Of a stretch of DNA of 64,000 nt, positions 17,478-26,771 are shown piece by piece. The notes beneath the pieces are model-generated. The model did no database searches. It was not told where the DNA came from and saw only the letters and a list, made by a program, of their open reading frames with translations. This stretch comes from a virus (lineage: Duplodnaviria; Caudoviricetes): IMG/VR virus record IMGVR_UViG_3300035491_000281; one strand, 5' to 3'. Each line of letters opens with the position of its first letter. Within the stretch, counting starts at the first letter, position 1. A program made the position numbers and the translations under genes.

Positions 17478-19658
17478 CTACATCCGCTGACCGCCGAACT
17501 GTCGCCCGTAGCTACCGCCGGGACGGTTGAAGCGCTTCAGTTTGCTACGTCGATTGCGCTCTTCCTGAGCCTGACGGATCATGGCATCGATACCCACCCC
17601 ACCGGCATCCTGCAAGTCGACCTTGCTGGACATCTGACGGATCTTGATCTCCAACTTGTTGATGATCATCGGATCTTGCGCATCCTTTAGTTGGGCAATC
17701 AGATCGTTGAACACCTCTAAGTTCTGCTGCTTGATGCCCTGCTGGTACCGCTCCTTGGTAGTCATCTCTTCGACGTTGACTACAGCTGCACTGAACACCT
17801 TGAGCTGATCAATGCCGTAGTAGTCGAGGTTGCGTGCCTTGGTACAGAACCAGTGGGTCAGCAGATACGCAATGACCATGTCATCGTGGTTGCCTGCTGA
17901 GTGGTCAATCCGTCCGTTGCGGATGGTCAACGACAGTAGTTCCCCAATCAGGGTCTTGTCATGGACCCGCTTACCGCCCAAGCGCAGGGCACCCTTAAGT
18001 GCATCACCATACAGGTTATCCCGAGCATGCTTACCCGAACCACTGGTGTTGTAACCGAAGTAGCGCATGTACTTGTCGTAGAAATACACAGGGCGGCTAT
18101 TGACGGGGCGTTGGATCTCCTTGAACTCGGTCTTGTAGGTTTCGGGTTCGTCGACGATCCGGTTGTAAATCCGTTTGAATGGGTCGATCCCATGCAACGG
18201 CAACTGAATCATCAAGGTGTCCAGAATCCCCTTACCGGACGACTTGCGCTCTGGGATAAACACCGTGTTTGGGAACCGCACCAAGAGCTTCACCAGCCAC
18301 ATGGCAAACGTGGTCAGGTTGGTCTCGTTGTATCGACCAGTACAGACGACATCGTGGGTGTAGGCATCGGTGATCACCAGGGTGGTGGCGTCGTTATCAG
18401 CACCCAACGCCTCACTGGGGTCGGAACCGATAATGTAGAAGCCACTGGCCATTCGTGCTTCGATCTGGTGGTGGGGCACATACCAGCGCAAGGCATAACC
18501 CTCGCCGGAAATCTCCATATGTTCCACTTCCCGCTCGGAACTTTTCAGGGCAGCTTTTTCCTCGGCATTCAGCGGTGTCCCTTCGGTACCGGTGGTCCAG
18601 ATGTTGAAGTAGTCGCGATCCGCCAGCTCGCCTTCAGACGCCGACTCACGCAGCTTACCGTAGAGCCACTCATCGGTCCGGCCCAACTGACGGTGATTGA
18701 AAGCCCCGTAGATCAGCGGTTTCAAACCGGTGGAGTTCTTGTCGACCACTTTCGCCAGGGTGGGCTGATCGGGCAGGTCGAAGTAGTGCTCGTCCCAGAC
18801 CGCACCCCCCGTCATGAACTTGTAAGCGAATGCTCCGTCGCGGGAGTTGATGTTACCGGCCGTTGTGGTGTAGATGTTACCGTACGGTTGGTTGGCTTCT
18901 TTGGCTTCATCGCGGGCCGCCGAACCCGAGGACAGCGCAACTGGCAGGGAGATCTCCACCAGGTTGATGTACGCCAATTCGTCGAAGTGCATGATCGGAA
19001 CAGTCAGACCACGACCCAGTTTGTCCGCAGCAATCTTGTCGTTACGCCCCACCGAGGTCTTGTAGCGGTTACCGCGTTTGAGGTTGGTGATCAACTCGCT
19101 GTTATCGGCATCCAACCTGTTCGGGTAGTAGATGTAGTCCGGCAGTAGGTTACGGATTTCCTTCAAACGCTCAACGTTGTTGTTACGCAGCGCCAAGTCT
19201 TTTGTAATCAGGTTGATCGTGGTGTTCGACGCCCAGAGGTTGACGATCCCGGTCATCAAGACGTCGGTCGAGACCGACTTACCAGTCTGACGTGGTTGGA
19301 GCAAGCCGAAGTCAATGTGGTTAAAGAACGACCAGTAGGCGGCGATGTTACCACGGTTGGCCTTGAACTTGACGGGTACGGTACCGGCGTTCGGAGGAAC
19401 GCGGGCCACTTCCCGGAAGTAGTACCAAGGGTTGTATTGGCATTCCAGCGCCACGCGCATCTTCATGTCGCGTGAGAGGTTCGGGTCAAACGGGTCTACG
19501 CCAACCAGTTCCGGTTGATACAGGGCGAGAATGAACTCGGCGTTGTCAATGCCCATCTGCTTGTACAGATAGACCAGGCGCTTAAACGATTCGTTGCTAG
19601 TCTGGTAGTCAACAATCGCCGTCGGGAAGCGTTCCCAATCAGACTTGAAAAGGATCAT
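17478..19658 (-). CDS. terL: Terminase large subunit (phiKZ gp25-like)
   Basis: Walker A QPRQTGKS, Walker B MHFDE, TTTAG motif III, RNase H-like GSDPS, HDDMVIA. Confidence 0.9.
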   Translation of the reverse strand: MILFKSDWERFPTAIVDYQTSNESFKRLVYLYKQMGIDNAEFILALYQPELVGVDPFDPNLSRDMKMRVALECQYNPWYYFREVARVPPNAGTVPVKFKANRGNIAAYWSFFNHIDFGLLQPRQTGKSVSTDVLMTGIVNLWASNTTINLITKDLALRNNNVERLKEIRNLLPDYIYYPNRLDADNSELITNLKRGNRYKTSVGRNDKIAADKLGRGLTVPIMHFDELAYINLVEISLPVALSSGSAARDEAKEANQPYGNIYTTTAGNINSRDGAFAYKFMTGGAVWDEHYFDLPDQPTLAKVVDKNSTGLKPLIYGAFNHRQLGRTDEWLYGKLRESASEGELADRDYFNIWTTGTEGTPLNAEEKAALKSSEREVEHMEISGEGYALRWYVPHHQIEARMASGFYIIGSDPSEALGADNDATTLVITDAYTHDVVCTGRYNETNLTTFAMWLVKLLVRFPNTVFIPERKSSGKGILDTLMIQLPLHGIDPFKRIYNRIVDEPETYKTEFKEIQRPVNSRPVYFYDKYMRYFGYNTSGSGKHARDNLYGDALKGALRLGGKRVHDKTLIGELLSLTIRNGRIDHSAGNHDDMVIAYLLTHWFCTKARNLDYYGIDQLKVFSAAVVNVEEMTTKERYQQGIKQQNLEVFNDLIAQLKDAQDPMIINKLEIKIRQMSSKVDLQDAGGVGIDAMIRQAQEERNRRSKLKRFNRPGGSYGRQFGGQRM

Positions 19659-19754
19659 AGGGGCTACCTTACCCAGTGGGTTTGGTGGTGTATAGGGTCT
19701 ATATGATCCGCGTGTTCACGGGACTCGCGCAGTGTTTTATTCAGTCGACTGTTA

Positions 19755-19770
19755 TATAGACCTATATCAC
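19755..19770 (+). promoter_or_regulatory. Candidate early promoter
   Basis: ATAGACCTATATCAC upstream of the HD gene at the head of an accessory block. Confidence 0.5.
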
Positions 19771-19802
19771 CCGTGTGAATCTCACCAAACCGAGGAACCT
19801 AC

Positions 19803-20396
19803 ATGACCCTGGATAACCTCAGAGCAGCAATCGTTAAAGAGTTTGCCGACAAATGGGAACTCAATGACCTTGCGCATCGCCAAACCCACTTTGAAGGGGT
19901 GTTCCGAACAGGCATGTTGATCAACGAACGGTTGGGGTTGGGTTTTGACCCAAAGCTGATTTTGTTCGCGGCGTACTTTCACGACATGTTCGCCTGGAGT
20001 CGGGTGAACCACCACGAACTCAGCTTCCACTGGATGATGAGTACCGACCATCCGTTGATCCTAGAACACTTCGATCCCTCCGAAACACAACAGGTTGCCT
20101 GGGCCTGTATGCAGCACCGGGCATCGTTCACAGGTCAGTTCAAATCACAGTTTGCGGAGCTGATCAATGCCGCCGACCGTGAGTTGCCAGGTAACGTCGA
20201 TGTCATGTTACTGCGGGCCATGCAGTTCCGTCAGAAGAAGGCGCCGCACGAATCGGCCGTGCAGATCATGGAGGCGTCTATCGCCCACCTCAAAGAGAAA
20301 TTCGGCTTCGGCGGCTATGCCCGCTACCCAGCGTTGTACATCGAATGCTTCGACCGCGAGCTAGATAAACAGCGGCGTGAAATCGCGCAACTCTAA
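19803..20396 (+). CDS. HD-domain phosphohydrolase
   Basis: H (AHRQTH), AYFHD, NHH, QHR and ADRE metal ligands. Confidence 0.8.
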   Translation: MTLDNLRAAIVKEFADKWELNDLAHRQTHFEGVFRTGMLINERLGLGFDPKLILFAAYFHDMFAWSRVNHHELSFHWMMSTDHPLILEHFDPSETQQVAWACMQHRASFTGQFKSQFAELINAADRELPGNVDVMLLRAMQFRQKKAPHESAVQIMEASIAHLKEKFGFGGYARYPALYIECFDRELDKQRREIAQL

Positions 20397-20431
20397 TCCA
20401 ATCTAAACCCCCGTGATCTAGGGAGATCCAC

Positions 20432-20728
20432 ATGCAGCACGCTAAAATCATCACTACCGTCACGCCGCTAGTCAACGCCATGTTGGCCGATGCCCTGGAA
20501 CATCAGGACTGGCCGGACGACGCGGTATTCAAGATCAGCTACCGGACCAAAAGCTGGCCCGAGCACACCATGGGGTCGACTCACCATAAGTACTTCCAAA
20601 CCCAGGCTGAGGTAGAGGCTTGGGAAGAGGATTACGCCAGCTGGTGCCGCTTAGGGGGTAACAGCATGGAGTATACCGTGTACGAATGGAACCTAGGGCC
20701 CAACTTCGTCAAGCACGGCTGGCACTGA
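20432..20728 (+). CDS. Hypothetical protein
   Basis: GGGAG SD. Confidence 0.6.
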   Translation: MQHAKIITTVTPLVNAMLADALEHQDWPDDAVFKISYRTKSWPEHTMGSTHHKYFQTQAEVEAWEEDYASWCRLGGNSMEYTVYEWNLGPNFVKHGWH

Positions 20729-20807
20729 GCACAAGTGCCTACCCCCAAGGGTAGGCACTATTCGGTTTAGGATATTTCGGAAGGCTTCTTAATTCAGTAG
20801 GTGTGTT

Positions 20808-21149
20808 ATGTCCAGTATGTCCAAAAAAGCACTTTACTACAGAGAACCAGGTGAAGGCGGGAAACTCCTTTCGAATGAATTTGGTTTCAGAAAGGTTCTG
20901 ATTCTTCAGAAAGGTCTTAGGTTCACCGATGACCGAGTGAACAACCGTCGGCGACTGAACAATGCGTCACTCCGTACTAAGCTTACCTATAACCGCAATT
21001 TGCGTTTGCTTAAAGATCAAGTACATAAGTACGCGAACCTACGTACTGAGATCGATAAGAAGATAAGTCAACTTAAGCATGAAATACCGGTGGATAGAGA
21101 GTATCACTCGATCTGGATCGCACCTTCCTTCGGTGAGCTAACGGTGTAG
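20808..21149 (+). CDS. Basic hypothetical protein
   Basis: AGGTG SD; Lys/Arg-rich; lower GC than the core genes. Confidence 0.55.
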   Translation: MSSMSKKALYYREPGEGGKLLSNEFGFRKVLILQKGLRFTDDRVNNRRRLNNASLRTKLTYNRNLRLLKDQVHKYANLRTEIDKKISQLKHEIPVDREYHSIWIAPSFGELTV

Positions 21150-21154
21150 TAACA

Positions 21155-21616
21155 ATGTCTAACAAAACAAAACGTGGTATCCAAGCTTCTTCTGTTGTTG
21201 TAAACACCAACAGCGTCATCAAAACCATCATGGTGCGCTACCGTCGTGACCCGGAGACCCATCATGTCACCTACATGTCGCGGCGGCAAGCTGAGTTATT
21301 CCTGACTGGTAAAACGCTGCGCATCATCTCGATCGTCGATAAGGGTGAAGCATTTCCAGACTTTGGCAAACACGCCAAGGTACTGCAGCTAGAACACGAC
21401 GGTTGGGTGGGTTTCACCGGTGAGCAGGTTAATCAGATCCATGAATTCGCTAAAGCCGCAGACGGTGCGAACATCCACGTTCATTGCGAAATGGGTCTGA
21501 TTCGATCGAAGTGGGTGGCGGAGCGGATCGGTCAATGGTTGGGCTATCGCGTTATGACGTATCGTGATTTACACGAGCGCCGGACTGACCACGCTATCAT
21601 TTATCACGAACTGTAA
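21155..21616 (+). CDS. Cys-dependent phosphatase (PTP/DSP superfamily)
   Basis: VHCEMGLIRS = HCX5RS P-loop; upstream ISIVD strand. Confidence 0.75.
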   Translation: MSNKTKRGIQASSVVVNTNSVIKTIMVRYRRDPETHHVTYMSRRQAELFLTGKTLRIISIVDKGEAFPDFGKHAKVLQLEHDGWVGFTGEQVNQIHEFAKAADGANIHVHCEMGLIRSKWVAERIGQWLGYRVMTYRDLHERRTDHAIIYHEL

Positions 21617-21630
21617 CGAGGGCTCTGTTA

Positions 21631-21993
21631 ATGAAACTGAATAACGCAGCATTAAAAACCCTGGCTGGGGCATACGTCGATAACTTCGTCAGCGGGGAGT
21701 GCACCCCAGATTATGTCGAGGTGGCCATACTCCAGTTGCTGATCGATGACCTGCTGAGGCATCAGATCGGCACCGTGCGGGCCGACGGTAATAGTCAACA
21801 ACTCAATCTCAGTATGATCAACGTTACGGTGAACATGGAACGGGATGGGACGATCAAGGACTGGTACTACGGCAGTGAACAGCCAATACGACCAAGCGCT
21901 TACGAGGCGGCGCACATTGCGGTTCTGCTGGCCGACCTGTTCCGCCTGTATCGCGGCTGCTTCAATGTTGATTTGACTGACGGAAAGCTTTAA
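21631..21993 (+). CDS. Hypothetical protein
   Basis: GAGGG SD. Confidence 0.6.
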   Translation: MKLNNAALKTLAGAYVDNFVSGECTPDYVEVAILQLLIDDLLRHQIGTVRADGNSQQLNLSMINVTVNMERDGTIKDWYYGSEQPIRPSAYEAAHIAVLLADLFRLYRGCFNVDLTDGKL

Positions 21994-22135
21994 TATTGAG
22001 CGCGAGACCTCTCTATTTGCTTGGTTTGAGAAACTAAAGCAGAAGGGCGTGGAGCTCGTGATCGTAGCTTTTGACTAAAGCGGGATATAAACACCGCGAC
22101 CACCCTAAGGGGTGGCTTTTATCAGCATAGGGGGT

Positions 22136-22705
22136 ATGCACATGTCGCACAAAGATTCTAGTGTGGTTGTTAACAACACTAACCTGCTGTTAGATGAAGA
22201 CGGTACGCTCGGTTTGTATTTCTCAAGCTCCCTGGCGGAGCCGGATTATCACGATCAGGTGGCCATGTATACTTGGGCCGAACTGGCGGTCGACCCGACG
22301 CGGGTCGATGAGGCAAGTGTCTCAATTGTCCTGGATCTACCAGAGATGGTTAAGGAGCTGCTGGGTAATGACTTCGGGCATGAAAACGTGATTGGCGGGT
22401 TTACGGTAGACCCGGCGCATGAACCGGCACTCGGTAAAGTCAAAGAACAACTGGAAGAGGCGCTTGCCTTATTCAAGCGCGTTACATACAGCGCCGGTGA
22501 AGTAACCGCTGAGATCAACCCCGACGACTGCCACGTTGCGGTGTATGAACACGGTGAAAGCATCGGTTTATTCGACTACAATAAAGAACAAGCCACAGCG
22601 TTCTGCGCCGAGCAAACGCGACTGACGGGTCGACTGCACGACTACCATTTCGTAGGGGGTCGGGCGCACGTCAAAGCGCTCCCACGCAGTTGGAAGCACG
22701 ACTGA
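22136..22705 (+). CDS. Hypothetical protein
   Basis: AGGGGG SD; start 22136 or 22142. Confidence 0.6.
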   Translation: MHMSHKDSSVVVNNTNLLLDEDGTLGLYFSSSLAEPDYHDQVAMYTWAELAVDPTRVDEASVSIVLDLPEMVKELLGNDFGHENVIGGFTVDPAHEPALGKVKEQLEEALALFKRVTYSAGEVTAEINPDDCHVAVYEHGESIGLFDYNKEQATAFCAEQTRLTGRLHDYHFVGGRAHVKALPRSWKHD

Positions 22706-22716
22706 GGATTTTTAAA

Positions 22717-23088
22717 ATGTCCGAGCAAAATAAAGACGTCCGTCGGCTGGTATCCGAGCGGGGTTTCGAATTGGTCGAGCAGGGTGTCTATGACACCCCT
22801 GTGATTACCGTTGAAAACTACCAGAAGTGGTACAACCTCTACGTGATCCAACCTACCGGGGAAGTGGAGATACTGGACCCGGGTCTGATTACCGAGGTGA
22901 TCGGCGAGATCAACGAGATTCTGGTTATTGATCACACTTTCCATCCTAAGCTGCTGTTGCTGCTAGCAAAGAAGCTGGGGGCCGAAGTGCCGTCCACCAC
23001 CATGGAGATGGTAGCCGGCCGGTGGGTGTTGGATAACGAGATCGTGAAAGGGATCGACTACCACCTCCCTGAGTATTACGAGAGCTAG
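22717..23088 (+). CDS. Hypothetical protein
   Basis: GAGGA SD before ATG 22717. Confidence 0.6.
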   Translation: MSEQNKDVRRLVSERGFELVEQGVYDTPVITVENYQKWYNLYVIQPTGEVEILDPGLITEVIGEINEILVIDHTFHPKLLLLLAKKLGAEVPSTTMEMVAGRWVLDNEIVKGIDYHLPEYYES

Positions 23089-23090
23089 CC

Positions 23091-23372
23091 ATGGATACAG
23101 TCAAACCTACAACGGAAGTCATCGAGGTGGAAACCTGTCTTCAGTTTCTCTATCTCAGACGGGGTAAGGACGAAGTCTACATTGGCTATGACCTCGATGG
23201 ATTCCGTGGATTACTCGCTGATGCCGGTGACCACGGACACCTGGAGATTGATCCGAAAGGCGACAAGCATCTACTCATCATCAGCCCGCAATTGGTGGGG
23301 CTGTCCGATACCAAAGCGCGCCTTGCTTTGGGGTATGACCTGGTACGCGCTTATGCGCGAACTTGTGCGTGA
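23091..23372 (+). CDS. Hypothetical protein
   Basis: Tightly packed behind the upstream ORF. Confidence 0.55.
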   Translation: MDTVKPTTEVIEVETCLQFLYLRRGKDEVYIGYDLDGFRGLLADAGDHGHLEIDPKGDKHLLIISPQLVGLSDTKARLALGYDLVRAYARTCA

Positions 23373-23402
23373 AAATAAACAGCAACGTAAAGGGGTACGA
23401 AA

Positions 23403-23615
23403 ATGAGCAATGACCGTTATTACGATTTCATCACCAACGCTTCGCTGGACGAGATCGATATCGAAACGCTGCCGAACTTCGACGAGCGCAACGGCGCTGG
23501 CGAGTTCAAGAACATGACCGATGACGAGATCAAGCAGCGCTACATTCAAGAAGCCATCGACCAGAAACAAGCCGATGACTTCCAGGATCACCTCGATTCG
23601 CTGGATGACGACTGA
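23403..23615 (+). CDS. Small, highly acidic protein
   Basis: 70 aa, very Asp/Glu-rich, strong codon bias. Confidence 0.65.
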   Translation: MSNDRYYDFITNASLDEIDIETLPNFDERNGAGEFKNMTDDEIKQRYIQEAIDQKQADDFQDHLDSLDDD

Positions 23616-23691
23616 TCCTGTTGTTTAGTAGCATCGGAGGACCTACGGGTCCTCCTTCCCTCTTCTTCTTTTTTCACGTGACGAGTACCAC

Positions 23692-24327
23692 ATGAGCGAG
23701 TACGATACCCTAGAGCAGGAATCGGCCATCCTGGCCCACTTCGAGACACTCAAGAATCCCAACGCCAAGAAGGTCAAGAAATTGGCCGCCAAGCTCTACG
23801 CTGAAGTTCCGCACGAAATCCAAAAGCGTCTGTGTCGCGATGTCTACCGCGCCCACGACCCGCTGACCTATGTCCGCTCCTGTATCGAGAAGATCCGCGA
23901 TTGCTCGATCTTAATTGAGCAGTTTATTGAAGACGGTTGCCACGGCATGATCTTCACCGGTAAGGACGGCACCACCGTGTATCCCGTGACGCTGAAAACC
24001 CTCCCGCACTGGTTGTCGGAAACCGAGCGTTGGGACCCGGAGCAGGAAGCACTGATCCAGCACGACGCAGTCAACGCCTGGATGAAGGAGCACGACAAGG
24101 GCTATTTCTACGGTAAGGTGGTGTTGTTTCCCAAGTTCGGTTTCAGCGGCGAGCCCCGTATCATCGAAATGCAGTGCAGTGACGATACCGCCGGGCTGCA
24201 CCGCTATCCGGGCACCAACTATTTCACTCGGGATAAACCCAAAGACATCCAAGAGGTGTTTGACCGCACGATGGCGAGTCTGGAGCGTGTGGTTCGCGAA
24301 GGTGAAGCCAAACGTAAACAAGCTTAA
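23692..24327 (+). CDS. Hypothetical protein
   Basis: 211-aa ORF with phage-like codon bias. Confidence 0.65.
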   Translation: MSEYDTLEQESAILAHFETLKNPNAKKVKKLAAKLYAEVPHEIQKRLCRDVYRAHDPLTYVRSCIEKIRDCSILIEQFIEDGCHGMIFTGKDGTTVYPVTLKTLPHWLSETERWDPEQEALIQHDAVNAWMKEHDKGYFYGKVVLFPKFGFSGEPRIIEMQCSDDTAGLHRYPGTNYFTRDKPKDIQEVFDRTMASLERVVREGEAKRKQA

Positions 24328-24337
24328 CGGAGCAGAG

Positions 24338-25030
24338 ATGAGCAATATTATCGACCTGACCCAGTATCTGGACAAACCCCCCACTCGGAACTTCCGGGAG
24401 TACGCCGGTAAGATGGTGGATCTCGCCATGGGTACTGCCGGTGAACTCCCTCAGTTCGCGGCGGGCCTCACCAGCGTGGCCGACGGCTATGCTAAGTACC
24501 TGAACAACGAACGCCTGTTCGGAGAGCGGGACGTACCCAGCTATTGGGACGTCGCCTGCGGACTCAGCTTCAGCGCGGTGCAGGCGCCTAACGGTGAGGT
24601 GACCTCAATCACTTTCAGCGTATTCAACGGGCGGGCGGTGGAGAACTTCGATCCGACTCAACGCGATGCCGTCAGGCAGGGGGTGATTACGCTGATCCCT
24701 CAGCGTGAAGTGGTGGGGTTTGGCGAGTTTCATAATGAGAAACCCGATCTGGTCTATTTGGAATGGCTTCAACTAAAGTGTCGAGAACACGGCATTCGCG
24801 CTTTACTCTCACCGAACCTGGCCTTCTTTGCCGATCTACTTCGGGCGGCTTACGCTAACGGTTTCCGGTTACACGGATTGAACTCGGTAAATGACAAACT
24901 CTCCCTAGAACTGCTCGGTAAGAACGAGCAGATGGAAGTGATGGTCAATTTCGCCCTGTTCAAAAGTACGCACGACATCATTACTCGGATGGCCGCAGCA
25001 GAGGAAGCTGCTAACCCACCTACCGCGTAA
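24338..25030 (+). CDS. Hypothetical protein
   Basis: GGAG SD before ATG 24338. Confidence 0.65.
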   Translation: MSNIIDLTQYLDKPPTRNFREYAGKMVDLAMGTAGELPQFAAGLTSVADGYAKYLNNERLFGERDVPSYWDVACGLSFSAVQAPNGEVTSITFSVFNGRAVENFDPTQRDAVRQGVITLIPQREVVGFGEFHNEKPDLVYLEWLQLKCREHGIRALLSPNLAFFADLLRAAYANGFRLHGLNSVNDKLSLELLGKNEQMEVMVNFALFKSTHDIITRMAAAEEAANPPTA

Positions 25031-25034
25031 CGAA

Positions 25035-25073
25035 CGACATAAGCCCTCCCCGTTTGGGGAGGGCGTTATGCCG
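25035..25073. terminator. Bidirectional CGACATA-hairpin-TTATGCCG element
   Basis: GCCCTCCCC-gttt-GGGGAGGGC stem between convergent genes. Confidence 0.7.
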
Positions 25074-25091
25074 CCTATTTTTTTGTTCGGG

Positions 25092-26765
25092 TTAGACGCC
25101 CGAATCGCGGATAACCACCGGCAATGCCGAGATACCCAACTGCAGATCCGTGTCGTAGTTACGCGAGATCCACTGGATGTATACCAGTTCGCCGTGCTTC
25201 AGGTCGTTGTTGACAATCAGCTCATCGTTCCACTGATCCACCGTGTACTCGTAGGTGTTGTGCATGAACACCACCCGGAAGTGCGTCGGTGTCGGTGCGT
25301 AGGCTTCGACTTCCTCATTAACCAGCGGTTCGATCCGCTCGTAGAGTTTTTGCAGCCACAGCTCCTTACTCGGGAACTCATTACCGATTCGCAGACGCCA
25401 ATAGTTGGTGTTGACGTATTCGAGGTCGGCAAACGGACCGCGGCCGTAGCCTTCGACCTGGTCGGGTCGGAAGTAGATGATCCAGCTGGGGCGGGCATCA
25501 TCACCGCGGGTCATGAGCGCGATCTGGAAGGTCTGCACATGACGGTACGGAGCGAAACGACCGTCTACCCGGTTCAGGTCCAGCGCCACAGTCAGGGTCT
25601 GGGTGACCCCGTACTGGGTAGGATTGAACGGGTTGGAGTTGACTCCCATCTCGATGTACGGCGTGACGTTGTAGAACGCCTGCCGGTCGAGGTTGTACAG
25701 CCAGTACTCCAGACGGTACCCCGCCGTCGGGCTAATCCACACCGGGTAGATGTAGAGTTTGACCTCGTAGGCGCCGTCGGCGGTGGTGGTCTTGGCGGTG
25801 TAGTCCATGGTCAGGCGGCGATTGGCGGTCGGAGTAAGGTTATACGACACCTCATCCTCGGCCAGGTTGTACGCCAGCACCATCGGGAACTGTTGCCCCA
25901 CAATCGTGGCGATGTAGTTGCGCAGGCCGTACAGGCTGAACTTCCCACCGTCGATCGGCAAACGATGCTTGCTGCCATCGCTGTAATGCACCAACGCCGT
26001 CATGGGTAGAGACTCCACCGTGACGTTGATCGGGAACTCGATCGTTTGTGGATCGGCCGAGCTGACAAACGGTGAATCGATGGAGATGCTCTTGACGTAC
26101 TTACGCGAGGTGTCGGCTTGCCTGATCGCTTGGCTGTTCTTGACCAACAGCTGGGCAGTACTGACCACCCCACCCTCACTGTCATAGGCCACCAACGTCA
26201 CCAGTTCTCCGTCAGCGAGCTTTTCGCTGGTATAGGCGGCTACCGGTGCCTTGATGGTGTTCTGCACCACAGGCAGCCCCTGCGGGTCTGTCACGACGAC
26301 CGTCTCCACCGGCACTGAGGTGCCGAGGAAGTTCCCCGAGGGGTCGAAGAAGCTGGAGATCACACGGCCGAACTCTTCGCTGATATCCGAGCCCAGGAAC
26401 ACCTTGTAGCTATGCACCATGGAACCGTAGAACCGCAACCGCCGGTCCGGCGTGAAGGTGTGCGGGGTGACACTCTGATCGAGGAAGATCCGGTAGGACT
26501 CGGAGGAATATCCCGGACCTGTGCCGAGCAGCACATCCAGCTCCTCGTTTTCGTCATCTTGCTTTGGTGGTTGCCAGCGACTCAGTACTGAGAAGCCAGT
26601 GGTGTAATCCACCTCGTCGACGATCCAGAAGCCTTGCGCGGGATCGAACACCAGATCGCCAGGATTGGGGACCCATTTACCGGTACTCCCCACCGCCACG
26701 ATCTCACTGCGCTGCCACATCCGGAACCCCCGATCGGGGTCCCGGTAATTGGTAAGCGTACCCAT
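25092..26765 (-). CDS. Virion structural protein (phiKZ gp26-like)
   Basis: Size and position in the terL-gp26-27-28-sheath-tube block of phiKZ-like phages. Confidence 0.65.
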   Translation of the reverse strand: MGTLTNYRDPDRGFRMWQRSEIVAVGSTGKWVPNPGDLVFDPAQGFWIVDEVDYTTGFSVLSRWQPPKQDDENEELDVLLGTGPGYSSESYRIFLDQSVTPHTFTPDRRLRFYGSMVHSYKVFLGSDISEEFGRVISSFFDPSGNFLGTSVPVETVVVTDPQGLPVVQNTIKAPVAAYTSEKLADGELVTLVAYDSEGGVVSTAQLLVKNSQAIRQADTSRKYVKSISIDSPFVSSADPQTIEFPINVTVESLPMTALVHYSDGSKHRLPIDGGKFSLYGLRNYIATIVGQQFPMVLAYNLAEDEVSYNLTPTANRRLTMDYTAKTTTADGAYEVKLYIYPVWISPTAGYRLEYWLYNLDRQAFYNVTPYIEMGVNSNPFNPTQYGVTQTLTVALDLNRVDGRFAPYRHVQTFQIALMTRGDDARPSWIIYFRPDQVEGYGRGPFADLEYVNTNYWRLRIGNEFPSKELWLQKLYERIEPLVNEEVEAYAPTPTHFRVVFMHNTYEYTVDQWNDELIVNNDLKHGELVYIQWISRNYDTDLQLGISALPVVIRDSGV

Positions 26766-26771
26766 TGTTAA

